Shown piece after piece: positions 1 through 12,900 of a stretch of DNA of 64,000 nt. Within the stretch, counting starts at the first letter, position 1, and each line of letters opens with the position of its first letter. The stretch is from NCBI RefSeq assembly GCF_006345805.1, contig NC_043012.1:34162001-34226000 (forward strand), read 5' to 3'. The translations under genes were made by a program, and so were the position numbers. The stretch is from Octopus sinensis. Lineage: Eukaryota. The notes beneath the pieces were generated by a model. The model saw nothing but the letters and a program-made list of their open reading frames with translations, had not been told where the DNA came from and searched no databases.

Positions 1-56
1 CATATATATATACACATACATATATAATACACATACATATATATACATATATATAT

Positions 57-88
<32 letters not shown>

Positions 89-651
89 ACATACATATAT
101 ATATACATATATATATACACATACATATATATATACACATACATATATACACATACATATATATATACACATACATATATATATACACATATATATACAC
201 ATACATATATATATACACATATATATATATACACATATATACATACACATATATACATACACATATATACATACATAAATATATATATACACACACACAT
301 ATATATACACACATACACATATATATACACACATACACATATATATATACACATACACATATATATACACACATACACATATATATACACATACACATAT
401 ATATATACACATACACATATATATATATACACATACACATATATATATATACATATACACATATATATACATATACACATATATACGTATACACATATAT
501 ATATATACATACATATATATATACACACATATACACATATATATACATACTATACACATATATATACATACATATACATATATATACATATACACATATT
601 TATACATACATATACACATATATATACATATACACATATTTATATACTTAC

Positions 652-685
<34 letters not shown>

Positions 686-778
686 ATATATTATATATTA
701 TATATATATACACATACATATGTATACATACATATACACATATATGTATACATATATACATACATACATATACACATG
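1..778. repeat. Compound (AT)/(AC) microsatellite array
   Basis: Continuous atatac/acacat repeats. The C/V/Y/I/M-rich ORFs here are translation artefacts. Confidence 0.95.
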
Positions 779-1052
779 GAAATTGTAGTTGTGATACTTG
801 TGCCGGTGGCACATAAAAAGCACCATCCGAACGTGGGCGATGCCAGTGCCGCCATGACTGGTACTTGTGCCAGTGGCACATAAAAAGCACCCACAACACT
901 CTCTTGAGTGGTTGGCGTTAGGAAGGGCACCCAGCGGTAGAAACACTGCCAGATCAGACTGGAGCCTGGTGCAGCCTCCTGGCTTCCCAGACCTTGGTCG
1001 AACCGTCCAACCCATGCTAGCATGGAAAACGGATGTTAAACAATGATGATGA
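779..1052 (+). mobile_element. SINE family A ((GAT)n tail)
   Basis: gtggttggcgttaggaagggca...catgctagcatggaaaacggatgttaaa followed by a (gat)n tail. About 12 copies in the window. Confidence 0.85.
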
Positions 1053-2050
1053 TATACATATATACACATATACTTAAATATACATTTATGTATACATATA
1101 TATATCCATATATAAATAGATATACATATATACAAATATATACATATATGTGCATATAGATATATGTATATATACATAAATACATATATATATATATAAT
1201 GTATACATATATACATACATACGTATATATATATACACACATACAAAAATATATATATATACACATACATACATATATGTATACATACATGTATATATAT
1301 ATATATATATACACATAAATACATATACATACACACATATACATACACATACACATACATGTATATATACAGGTACATACATGTATGTATATACATACAT
1401 GTATACATATACATACATGCATATATATAAACATATATACATACATGCATATAAACATATATACATACATGCATATATATACATACATGCATATATATAT
1501 ACATATATATACAGATATAATACATATATGTATATATAGACACGTATGTATATACATATATATTTACAATATGTATATACATATTTCCACACACACACAC
1601 ACACATATATATATATACGTAGATACATATATACAAATGTATACATATATATATATATACACACACACGTATAATATATATATATATATATTATATACAC
1701 ACACACGTATAATATATATATATATAATATATATATATATACACACACACGTACATATATATATATACACACGTACATATATATACACCCACGTACATAT
1801 ATATATACACACACGTACATATATATATACACCCGTACATATATATATACACACGTAATATATATATATACACACACGTACATATATATATACACACACG
1901 TACATATATATATACACACGTACATATATATATACACACACACGTACATATATATATACACACACGTATATATATATATATATATATACACACACGTATA
2001 TATATATATATATATATATACACACAGATGTATATATACATACATATAAA
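1053..2050. repeat. Compound microsatellite with a higher-order ~20-bp unit (tatatatacacacacgtaca) in its 3' half
   Basis: Directly visible; cacgta recurs at roughly 18-24 bp spacing over 1690-2025. Confidence 0.9.
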
Positions 2051-2051
2051 T

Positions 2052-2436
2052 GCGCAGGAGTGGCTGCGTGCTAAGTAGCTTACTTACCAACCACATGGTT
2101 CTGGGTTCAGTCCCACCTTGGGCAAGTGCCTTCTACTATAGCCACAGGCTGACCAAAGCCTTGTGAGTAGATTTGGTAGACGGAAACTGAAAGAAGCCCA
2201 TCGTATATATGTATATATATATGTGTGTGTGTGTATATGTTTGTGTGTTTGTTTTTGTCCCCCCAACATCGCTTGACAACCGATGCTGGTGTGTTTACGT
2301 TCCCATAACTTAGCAGTTCTGCAAAAGAGTCCGATAGAATAAATACTAGGCCTACAAAGAACAAGTCCTGGGGTTGATCTGCTCGACTAAAGGCAGTGCC
2401 CCAGCAAGGCCGTAGTCAAATGACTGAAACAAGAGA
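2052..2436 (+). mobile_element. SINE family B (tRNA-like head, CORE-like ccttgggcaagtg, internal microsatellite)
   Basis: ggagtggctgcgtg..ggttcagtcccac..cttgggcaagtg...tgactgaaacaag. About 15 copies in the window. Confidence 0.85.
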
Positions 2437-2439
2437 GCA

Positions 2440-3110
2440 TATATACACGTATGTATATAAACATGTATGTAACCTGTTACTCAGAGTAACAGGTTTTGTT
2501 GAATTTTCTGCTGCTTTAAATAAACACGCATGTATACATATACACACGCAAATATATATATATATATATACACACACACGTATATATACATACACACACA
2601 CAAGTATATATATACATATATATACGTACACATATATATATACATACACATATATATATATATAAACATACATATATACATACATACACACATATATAAA
2701 CATACATATATACATAGATACACACACATATATATAAACATACATATATACATACATACACACATATATATAAACATACATATCCATATATATATACATA
2801 AATACATGCATATATATATATATATCCATATACATACAAATATATATCCATTCACATACATATCCATTCACATACATATATATCCATACACATATATATA
2901 TCCATACACATACGTATATATATCCATACACATACGTATATATATACACACATATACATATATATACACACATATACACACATACAAATATATATACACA
3001 TATATATACACACATATATACATACATACACACATATATACTCACATATATATGCATATACACACATATACACATATATACATACATACATATACACACA
3101 CCCATATCCA
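2440..3110. repeat. Compound (AT)/(AC) microsatellite array
   Basis: Directly visible. Confidence 0.9.
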
Positions 3111-3449
3111 TTAGTGTTTGTTTACATCTTCAATCGCTTCCTGGAATGTGTGGTGGGCATTGGTGTGTCAGTTTGCTTTGGCAGGTCATCATACTTTTCT
3201 TGAAATACAGTTATATAAGTTCAGGAAGGGCCCCACATGTGGAACAATGCCTCAACATACTTCTCTAACCCATGCAAGCATGTAAAATAAAAACTTAAGG
3301 AAATGACCAAATGAATACACAATCTATGCAGTACTTCCCTCTGAAGAAAATGTTATGTATTGTCTTCAGTACGTGCAAGCTTGCTGAGAGATTTGTATCC
3401 CATCTTGATCCTGTATTATTTGAGGGAGGTCTTAGGGGAGGCATCTAGT

Positions 3450-3900
3450 GTCTCCAGTGAGTCAATCTACATATGCTGTGTTCAGATGACCTGCTCATGT
3501 ACAGCTTTGCTTTGACATCCACAGCAGTACGTCTCTCACCTGCTCCCGTTCAATTTGTCAGCAATGGCCCACGGAGGGCAAGTGCCTTTCCTTTATAATG
3601 GTGGAAACAGGCAGTAAATCTCTAAACAGCTGTTTGTCGGCTGGATGAGTTCTCCAAAATTTAAGACTGCTCTTAACATTTACTTGTGCTTATAATACTT
3701 GTCCATTTGGTCCCCAATTTGCAGATAGAAGAATGGCCTGTCGTTATGCAGGCCAGCTGTGAATACCTAATAAGCAGTCTGCAACAAAATTATAGGTTGC
3801 CCTTCAGCCAAGCATTACATCCATCAGCCACCCTACCAAGGTCACAATGAAATCCTAAAGCTCCAAAAAGAGCAGAAATGTTACTATCATTGGAAAGGAG
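3450..3900 (-). mobile_element. Highly decayed RTE-like LINE 3' ORF fragment
   Basis: Residual LxYSQL...G.P-like C-terminal motif on the minus strand with many stops. Confidence 0.35.
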
Positions 3901-5833
3901 CATGGTGGTAGCATATGGAATGCAAAATATAAAATACTTTGTCTTTTGATTTCTTCCCACTTTACAGAACAATATTACACATTTGTGAAACCTAGTCTGG
4001 GAAGCCCATCAGTTTGACTGCCACTGCAATCATCTATAGGCCCTATGACCATAGACGAAAAATTAGCAATCAAAAGACATTCCATGACTCACATTAACTT
4101 CAGAAAATGTGGTAAGTATAGTCTGAATTTATACATCAAGATAATAGTGTTAGCTTAAAACCACCCTTAATGTATTTTAATTCATGTCCCATAAGTGCTG
4201 AAGAACCAGGTGACTCACAGGGCAGGCTTCTTTCAGCTTCTGTCTATCCAAACCCCTTTCAATGCTTTGGTTGGCTCCAGTTTAATGGAGGAAGAATCTT
4301 GCCTTAAGACACTCTGCAGTAAGACCGAATCTGAATCCACAGCTTGAATATACTTTCCTCATGTATTCAACCATATATGAATAAAAATGGCTTATCACTA
4401 CCACCACCAATGGTTCTCGAGGTCCATATAAGATTTTGGGGTCAACACAAGCAAAAGAGTAAATTGGATCCACAATAGTATTTTATGAGACTATGAAAAA
4501 ATTTTGCTTTAGATGCATTTATACTGTGAAACAGTTAGGTTTCTTTCTCTGGAATTTTACATAGCTCAGCCTACACAAGGGAATGCTTGGTAAACAAAAT
4601 AGAAATTTTGAAAGGAATATTTATAAAACTAGTTTTAAACAATGAATGGCTACAGGGTACCAAAATAAAATAGTATTCTAAGAGATCCACAAAGAAAAAA
4701 CTGGCTAAGAACCACTGATCATCACCATCTAATTTCCATGATGGACAATGAGTGTCCAAGTTAGTTATCTGAAGGTATTACCTTCCTAGTTGGTATCATG
4801 TTTGATATGGCTCCTACCGTTTCTAAACAGACTACAACAGTTATATGGGTCATGTAGACTTGTTAGTCAAGTTGCTGGCCAGTTGTTGCTTAGTCTCAAA
4901 CCAACCCTAGTGCAGGCATAGCTGTGTTAAGTTTGTTTCTTGACCATATGGCTTACACATGGCTTATAGTAGAAGATGCCTAATAAACCAGTGCATGGTT
5001 TCTTGGGCAAGAGCCTTCTGATGTAGCCCCAAGTACCAAAGCTTTGAGAGTGGATTTGTTAGGTGAAAACTGAAAAAAGCCCTAAATAAATATATGATAG
5101 TGTACAGGACAGAATATGAAACAAATTACACTAAAATCAAGGGTCATCTTAATCACTCAGTATACAAATCCATACTATAACCTGCTGTGGTTTAGAGTGC
5201 CACCAATATGTTACAATCCAAACTTAGTCCTACAGTTGTCTCATAAAACAAGATAGAGTTTACAAATTTAGGAAAAAAAACATATGCGGTATACGTTATC
5301 AATGTATATTAAACATGCTTCCAGTAAAAACACTTGGCAACATGGATGATATTTCAACTGTTAGTGAGGCACTGGGCTCTGCCTTATGCACTCACCAGCC
5401 ACTGCATCAAGGGTGAAATATTACCAGGAAATCTTAAACAGTGAGTATAACTGAAAACCTACATTTCAAAAGAATATTCTAGGGGTGTGGTATTTAAGTA
5501 CATGTTTGTATTTGTGCATGTGTCTGTGTGCTTGTTTACATTTGTTCTCCAAAAATCATTGAGGTACAAGTGATGTTGTCATTTATCCATTGGCTTTGCA
5601 CCTTCAAAGAGTGAAATTTTTAAATTCTTTACTTGAAAACAGTTATGGGTCAGCAACAGGAAGGGCAACCAATTAAAACATTGCCTCAAAAGTACATTTG
5701 CCTTACCCACAATAGCTTGAAAAGCCAGATATCACAAAAATGAAGGCATTTATACACACACACACACACACACACACACGAATATATATTTTTTATAGAC
5801 ATATACTCGCAAATATATTTTTTATAGACACAT

Positions 5834-5868
<35 letters not shown>

Positions 5869-6264
5869 ACACACACACACACAGATATATATATTCAAAC
5901 TATATAAATATATGTAATTACATAAACACACACACATTTACATGCACATTCACACAAATATGAAATGCTATTTTAAACAATACCTACTTGAGTGTTCCAA
6001 CATGGTGACACGCATACAAGAACAATCTCCCAGCCATTCCCACAATTTTCCCTTTTCTTTTAGCATACACACTGCTAATCCTGCCTTAACTATAGACATT
6101 ATATTTGAATGATCGCTTTATCCATCATAATCTGCCTATCCATAATAGAACACAACACAAACAAACTGGAGATAAATTAAAATTTTTGATAAAAATTCTG
6201 AAAAGTTAAAACTGAAATCAAAGTTAATGACAAATGCAATAATTTGGTGCTGGTTGGCACAAGG

Positions 6265-6352
6265 AAATGAAACAATTCAACAACTAGAGAAATAATGACA
6301 AAAAAATGTCTTTTCTAGCGAAGAACTGTTTATTGGCAGAAAATGGTTTATT
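6265..6352 (-). terminator. Candidate intronic cleavage/polyadenylation site in CSTF3 intron 3
   Basis: On the minus strand: two AATAAA (6347-6352, 6329-6334), a CA about 22 nt after the second (6307-6308), then a U/GU-rich tract (tttttttgtcattatttctctagttgttg). Confidence 0.45.
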
Positions 6353-7090
6353 TTGTTCAAAGACTGTAGTTTGAAAAGAATATATATACACACATATACA
6401 TATATATATATATATAGATATAAATATATATATATAGTGTAGATACCTGTAAAGAAAATACATCAAAATGAAAACAGATGTTATGAATAATTTTTTTTTT
6501 TTCACTACAGACCATTCAACACAAATTGCATTTTCTAGAACAACAAACATCTCCCAAACACAGACACACACACACAAACATATTCAACAGACTAAAGCTT
6601 TCAGAAAAACATTCATTCACACAGCCAAAAAAAAAACATTTTGTTCAATGACAAATTGATTGATATTTTTCAGTACTTTCTCTTGAAAATACTAAAATAT
6701 TGATTTTATTTCTACAAATTTTAACATTAAAACAAACAAAAATTTTTAAATGCTAAAATTCAAAACGCGAAAAGTAACTTTTAAAATTTCAAAATAGTTT
6801 TTTGAGTTAGTGGTGTCTAATTGAGAATATTTTATAATTATATTTCTATTATGGAAACGAAATTATAACTCAAGTCACTTGTCATTGAACAAACAAACAA
6901 CCTCTAACACATCCATTTACAAAATCTATGTCATGTTATTTACTACACTGCCTGATATAAATTATTATCTATTAACACTGACAATAAATATAATGTAAAC
7001 ACAATTTTGTGTGTGAGTAGACTGTTTGGTAACAGTTGTGGGTGTTAATCTCCATTATCACATAGGTATTGAAGACAATAAAAACAACAC

Positions 7091-7121
<31 letters not shown>

Positions 7122-8897
7122 TAAATATGCAGTTTCACCATTCCTACTTAACTGTTTTAAGGGTACTATAGTCATTATGGTCAATTTGAAAGAGTATTTC
7201 TTCAGTAATATTTTAAGAGAAGATACAAAGAAACATTTACTAAACATCACGTTTCTGTTGACTCCCTCGGAACATGTTACTCATAACATCTACTATTTCC
7301 ACTAAGACTTTTTTTTTTTAAAATCCCAAAACTATATTAAATTCTCTCAAAAGATTCTTTCACAGACAATAAGGATAAAAGCTAGAGAAGTAGCCTGCCA
7401 TATTCTGGAACCAATTTATTCTATTTTGAGGGCATGGCGGTAAGCACTTGGTTATAAAATTGCAATAAACTTTTTTTTAATTCAATGATATATTCTTGAA
7501 TGATTTGCTCACAAATGTTTATGAAATCATTCTTCATAGAATACAGTGTGAATAAGAACAGAGTGACACATCTATCAAATGGCATCTCATGTCACAAGTT
7601 AACAGAGCTGCTCTTCATTCTTGCTGCCTTCCTTTGATAGGCTAGTTCTCTAACTTTTACAAACATACAATGTTTTCCACACTCCATTTCACTACCAAAT
7701 TATTCTTTATACCACTGTCAAAAACTAATTTCAACTCTATTGTTTTCCCCTACAACTATAGCTTTGTTTCTGCAATCTAAATCTTATATAGAAATATGCA
7801 TCACAGTCAGAAATGGCTTTGCTCTATTTATTGTTCTATTTCCTCCTATACATCAAACTCAATTACCACTCACTCACGCACACTCACTCACTACTGCATG
7901 CATGAAGAAACAATCTAAATAGCATTGAAGACAAACTCGAAAAAATCAAAACGCAAAAAGCCTGATGTCAGACTGTTTTATGATTTCAATGTACAGTGTG
8001 TTCCCCTCCATCTGGCCTACTGGAGAGGAACTGCCTTTCAAGGCTGCTAGTAAAAATTAAAAGTGCTGATATCTCTACAGTAGCAAACAAAAGTACCAGA
8101 ACAATTGGAGAGTTAAAAAAAAATTATAATAAATCTTCCCCAGCGTGTTTAAAATATATAAAAAAAAAAAACAGGAAGGAAGGAAAAGATTACACTTATG
8201 GCATTAATGAACAGAAAACTCTTGAAAAATTACTATTATTTCTTATACTCATACAAGGTGCAAAACTTTGTAACAAAGAGTTAGAACCAACTGAATGAAC
8301 GCAGTACATAACTGGTACTTATTGACTCCCAGAGCAAGAAAAGACAAAGTTGATTGCAACAAGGTTTAGACTTAGAATGTAAATTAAATACTGAAACTTG
8401 TCTGGTACTGACCATTTTTTGCCACATGACCATCCCAAAAGATATATAATTAAAGTTATACTTTGTTGTGTTAAAATATTGACTCTAGATAATTATGCTT
8501 TTTCTTTAATTAAACATTTTCCTAATGACCAGTTTCCTTGCTTGTAATAGTGACTAATGTATTCCATATGAGAAGGGAATCATTAAATAAATGCCACATT
8601 AGCAAACGCATTGATGTCACCCAAAACACTAAAACCTTTTTTTCAAATTTTTATATTTAACCAAAAAGAAAAAACTTTTCTTTTTGGCAAGTATTATAAA
8701 TTTAAATAAGAATGGTCATAAAGAGAAATTATATTTCTTTAAAATTATTTCTATTAAATTTAAATCCATATTGATTTTTAAGTTGCTACTTACTCAACTA
8801 AATTTCTAAATTAAAACAGTTACAATTTGCAGTTAATATTTCAAATCTTTTCTCATCTAAACTAAATTTAAAAGTATTAGTGTATCGCATAGTGTTT

Positions 8898-9120
8898 CAT
8901 CATTTAGCGTCCGTTTTCCATGCTAGCACGGGTTGGACGGTTCGACCGGGGTCTGGGAAGCCAGGAGGCTGCACCAGGCTCCAGTCTGATCTGGCAGTGT
9001 TTCTACAGCTGGATGCCCTTCCTAATGCCAACCACTCTGTGAGTATAGTGGGTGCTTTTTACGTGCCACCGGCACAGGTGCCAGGAGAGGCTGGCAGTCA
9101 AGGCGGTGCTGGCATCGGCC
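8898..9120 (-). mobile_element. SINE family A
   Basis: ctggatgcccttcctaatgccaacc core, matching other copies. Confidence 0.85.
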
Positions 9121-9269
9121 ATCGGTATAGATTTAAGCTCTATTATTTTACCTTCCCATGATTATAAAATCTACTCATTTTTTTACTTGTTTCTGGCATT
9201 AACATAAAGTGTTTTAGTTGAGCAAACCAATCCCAGTAATTATCTTTTAAAGCCTTGCACTTATTCTAT

Positions 9270-9520
9270 TAATTTCTTTTGTTGAACTGCTAAGTTATGG
9301 GGACCTAAACCAACATTGGTTGTCAAGTGGTTGGGAACACAGAACTACACACACGTGCATCCACACAGGACGGGCTTCTTTCAGCTTGCTTTAACCAAAT
9401 CCACTCACAAGGCTTCGAGTCCAGGGCTATAATAAAAGACGCCTGCCAAAGGTGCCACACTGGGACTGAACCTGAAATCATGTAATCAGGACGCAAACCA
9501 CTTACCACACAGCCACGCCC
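9270..9520 (-). mobile_element. SINE family B
   Basis: ccactcacaaggct...gggactgaacc...ccacacagccac, matching other copies. Confidence 0.8.
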
Positions 9521-10120
9521 ATGCCATACTATATAAGATATATGAGTATAGAGGCATTTCTCACACAACCAAATGGAAAAGGTATTAAATTACTCAGGCT
9601 ATACATTATTTGCATTGGCTATAAGCATTTTACTGAGTCACTGAGCAGAATAATTCTAGCTGCTGGGAGTAAGTACCAGGCATTTATAAGAAAGCTTCCT
9701 GCATCAGATAAGCATTCCACATGAGAGAAGGATGATACAGGAAACTAAAATGAATACTCTATGTACTAAGATATCAGAAAGAGAAAATAATAATCCCAAC
9801 CAATAAAAAAAGTTTTAGAATTACATATTTTTATACATCCTTACACATTTTGTTTCTTTTTGTTTCTGTTTTTTTTTTTCTTTTTCATTTTTGTTTTTAC
9901 TTTAAAACCTCATTTTAATCAGAAGTAAAAACAATGGCCTAATACACAATTATAACTGCAGCGAAAAGATACTTGGGAAATATTACTGGACTGTATATTT
10001 TCTCTTTCATTGCAAATAATGGAGGGGTGGGCCTTAATATAAAGATATATCTCAAGTGTTGTCAGGTACATTTGATAGCCATTGTAGAGATACGCTCCTA
10101 TATAACAAAGATTTATAAAC

Positions 10121-10216
10121 CTCTTGCTCAATGTAACTCTTCCAATAGCGTCCAGCATTAGGAAACTGTGTTACAAGCCTCTCATAGGTGTTTCGGGCAT
10201 CTCCAATCATTTTCAT
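10121..10216 (-). CDS. CSTF3: CstF-77 coding exon 3 (HAT repeat)
   Basis: 96-nt exon bounded by ttcag| and |gtttat, phase 0/0. Translates to [32 protein letters not shown] versus human [32 protein letters not shown]. Confidence 0.95.
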
Positions 10217-11038
10217 CTGAAAATAAAGAAACAAAATTCACATGACACTAATTGACTTTCTTAGACAAACAAAAAAAAAAAAAAGAAAAGAAATGAGAAA
10301 TTCAAAAAATTAATTTGGATTTTATATGAGAATTATGTCTTCATAAATAAATTTTCCCAAAAAAGTCCATTGTTAAATAAAATGCTCATGTGAACATGGA
10401 TGCAGGTTAAGTAAAACTAGAAAACCATTTGTGTAGTCAATGTTTTATGGTTAAAATGCTCCTTGAAATGCCGTTTTCATTATTAGTTTTTCTAACTCAA
10501 TAGATTTCTCTGTAGCTTGTCTTAAGCTCTGTGTGTGTGTGTGTGTGAACTCAATTAAGGAACAGTTTGGGGATGAACGAAATCGTAATTATCAAAGAAA
10601 TTCAGTGAGGTTCCTTTAATAAAAAGCAAACCATTCAAATTCAAATACCACCAACTTTAATATGTTAAAGAATATTTCAATTTATGCAGAATGGTTTTCA
10701 ATCTAGACAGACATAAGGTTGGCAATTTTGAGAGGAAGGTTTTAGTTGATACTGTTCACCCAGTACTTCACTGGTATTTTATTTTATTGAACTTGGAAGG
10801 CTGAAAGGAAAAGTTGGCCAAGGCAAGATTTGAAAAGGTGGGGAAATATCGCAAGGTTTTTTTTTTTGTTTTTTTTTTGGATACTCTAACAATTTTGCCA
10901 GTTTGTCACCTTACATGTATGTATAATAAATAGCAGTTTGATATACTGACAATTGACTTCTGTGTTGGTAGCCTTCCTAAACAAAAATAAGGTGATTATA
11001 GGCATTTCTTTGCTATTTTTATTCAATATGTTTATTAG

Positions 11039-11094
<56 letters not shown>

Positions 11095-11900
11095 AGAGGG
11101 GGAACAAAAGAACAAAGAGTGAAATTAACGAAGGGCTGATAGAAATAAAAGAATAGAGTTGTACAAGATTTAGATAAATATATATATATATATACAAAAT
11201 GGGACAAGAGCACACAACATCCAGACAGATGATATAAAAAAGGGACAACAAAACATCCAGATAGATGATACAAAGAAAACAAGGACGGGTCATTTGGAGT
11301 TTTCTTTCCTCAGTCAAGTTCCAGATTATCTTTGCAATTTCAGCTGGTTATACTTGAGATTGCTCCAATCTGGCCAGCCCCAAGGAAAAACAAAGCTAAG
11401 AGCATTAGATTCCTTGGAAGAAGACATCGAATGTATACGAAAACAAGGACAGAAAAAAAATGGAGAATGTTACACAAATATAAATAACAGAACATAACAA
11501 CAGGTGTCTTTCGACTAACGACGAATTAAATTAAGCTGGTGTGTGTGGAGTAAAGTCTTATGGCAGGGATACAAAATTTCACAGGCACAGGGAGGAATAT
11601 AGATGTTGCATGGAGGACAGCTGAACCAAGAAAGAAAGGTCAGACTTGGCCGAACACTGGTCACGTGGGGAGAGAAGTGAGAGAGGTAGAGGCAGAGGGA
11701 CAGAAGAAATAAGGAGGGGGAGAGAAAAAATGACAGGGACACAGTAAAGTGAAAAGAGGAGGGAAAGTGAGCATGAAGAGAAGGCAAGGAAATGTGAGAG
11801 AGGGGGAACAAAAGAACGAAGAGTGAAATTAACAAAGGGCTGATAGAAAGGAAAGAATAAAAGAATAGAGTTGTACAAGATTTAGATAGATATATACTTA
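11095..11900. repeat. Repeat cluster with an internal ~90-bp direct duplication (about 11100-11180 and 11800-11890); possibly Penelope-related
   Basis: ggggaacaaaagaac..gagtgaaattaac..aagaatagagttgtacaagatttagata occurs twice. The tacaaaatgggacaaga..aacatccaga block recurs at about 11190 and 12340. Confidence 0.55.
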
Positions 11901-11934
11901 CATATAAGAGACCAAAGTCTACATACGCAGATAT

Positions 11935-12225
11935 ATATAACTTATAAACAAGGGCAAAAGAAAAAAATTTCAATGCCAAATATGCCGAAATAGACTTAAT
12001 CATCAATAATATTTTCTTATCGTATTTATCGCTGATGATGAGAAAATTCTAAATGAATTAACTCAGAAATTGGGACCGATCCGATAATAGTGAAATTTTT
12101 TTAGAAATTTCTATCAGCTTACTTCCGAGATGCGTGCTTATAGTGATAATTTATATGGTTATTGACAACTAAGTCTAATTCGGCATTGAATTTTTTTCTT
12201 TTGCCTTTGTTTATAAGTTGTCTAT
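11935..12225. mobile_element. Fold-back/MITE-like element with ~70-bp inverted repeats
   Basis: aacttataaacaagggcaaaagaaaaaaatttcaatgcc (left) is the reverse complement of ggcattgaatttttttcttttgcctttgtttataagtt (right). No clear TSD. Confidence 0.7.
12026..12087 (+). ncRNA. Candidate type I hammerhead ribozyme
   Basis: ttatcg-CTGATGA-tgag[19 nt]ctca-GAAA-ttgggaccga-TC-cgataa. All core residues are present and stems I, II and III can form; pair 10.1-11.1 is U-A rather than G-C. Confidence 0.5.
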
Positions 12226-12302
12226 AAATTTAACCTTTAAAGGTATTTTTTTAATATGCTGGCCATTGATAAAATTTTTTCGAAAATTCTATCCTATATT
12301 AG

Positions 12303-12341
<39 letters not shown>

Positions 12342-12699
12342 CAAAATGGGACAAGAATGCAAAACATCCAGACAGTTAGGTGATACAAAAAAAGGGACAA
12401 CAAAACATCCAGATAAGCGAGAGTGAGGAGTTCATATCAGCAACAGCTGTTTCATTGTAAAAGTGTCAGTTTTCATGATTTATCTACCCATGAAGACTAG
12501 TACCACATCTTTGCTTATGTAATTGACTGCAATGATGATTAGTTCTAAATACCATGCCTTTAACTAAACAAACATTTTTAAGACCTTAAGAATCTAATAG
12601 AGAAATTTGCATTTAGGCTTTGGTATACATTGCTAATCTTTGTAGTAAATGGCATTCAAGGACAGACTAAGTCTAAGAATTGGACAAGTTGTCTAACAC

Positions 12700-12900
12700 A
12701 CAGTTCTATATTTAAGAGATGAGGAATTATGTACATTATTTTACATTTGACGAATATTTGCCCTTATCTTGTTTGTTGTTAACACATTTCAGCTGATATA
12801 CCCTCCAACTTTCATCAGGTGTCTTAGGGACAATGTAAGAGACAACTTAATGAAAGTCATATTGAAAATGTCAATATAGAACAAAGATAGATAAGTAAGC
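12700..12900 (-). mobile_element. Penelope-like terminal fragment with a degenerate hammerhead core (12781-12826)
   Basis: Minus strand acac-CTGATGA-aagttgg-agggtatat-cagct-GAAA-t-gtgtt. Stem I acac/gtgt is intact; stem III and the cleavage triplet are largely deleted. Confidence 0.55.

Noticed and set aside
684-3114. Long ORFs (up to 336 aa) rich in C/V/Y/I/M or H/T/Y/I
   Set aside because: Translations of (AT)/(AC) microsatellite, which has no stops in some frames.
1-10120. CSTF3 exon 4 (expected about 33 nt, ..KxKNYxKVEK) and exon 5 (LFQRCL..)
   Set aside because: No matching sequence with splice sites was found by eye. It is probably outside the window, though a short exon could have been missed.
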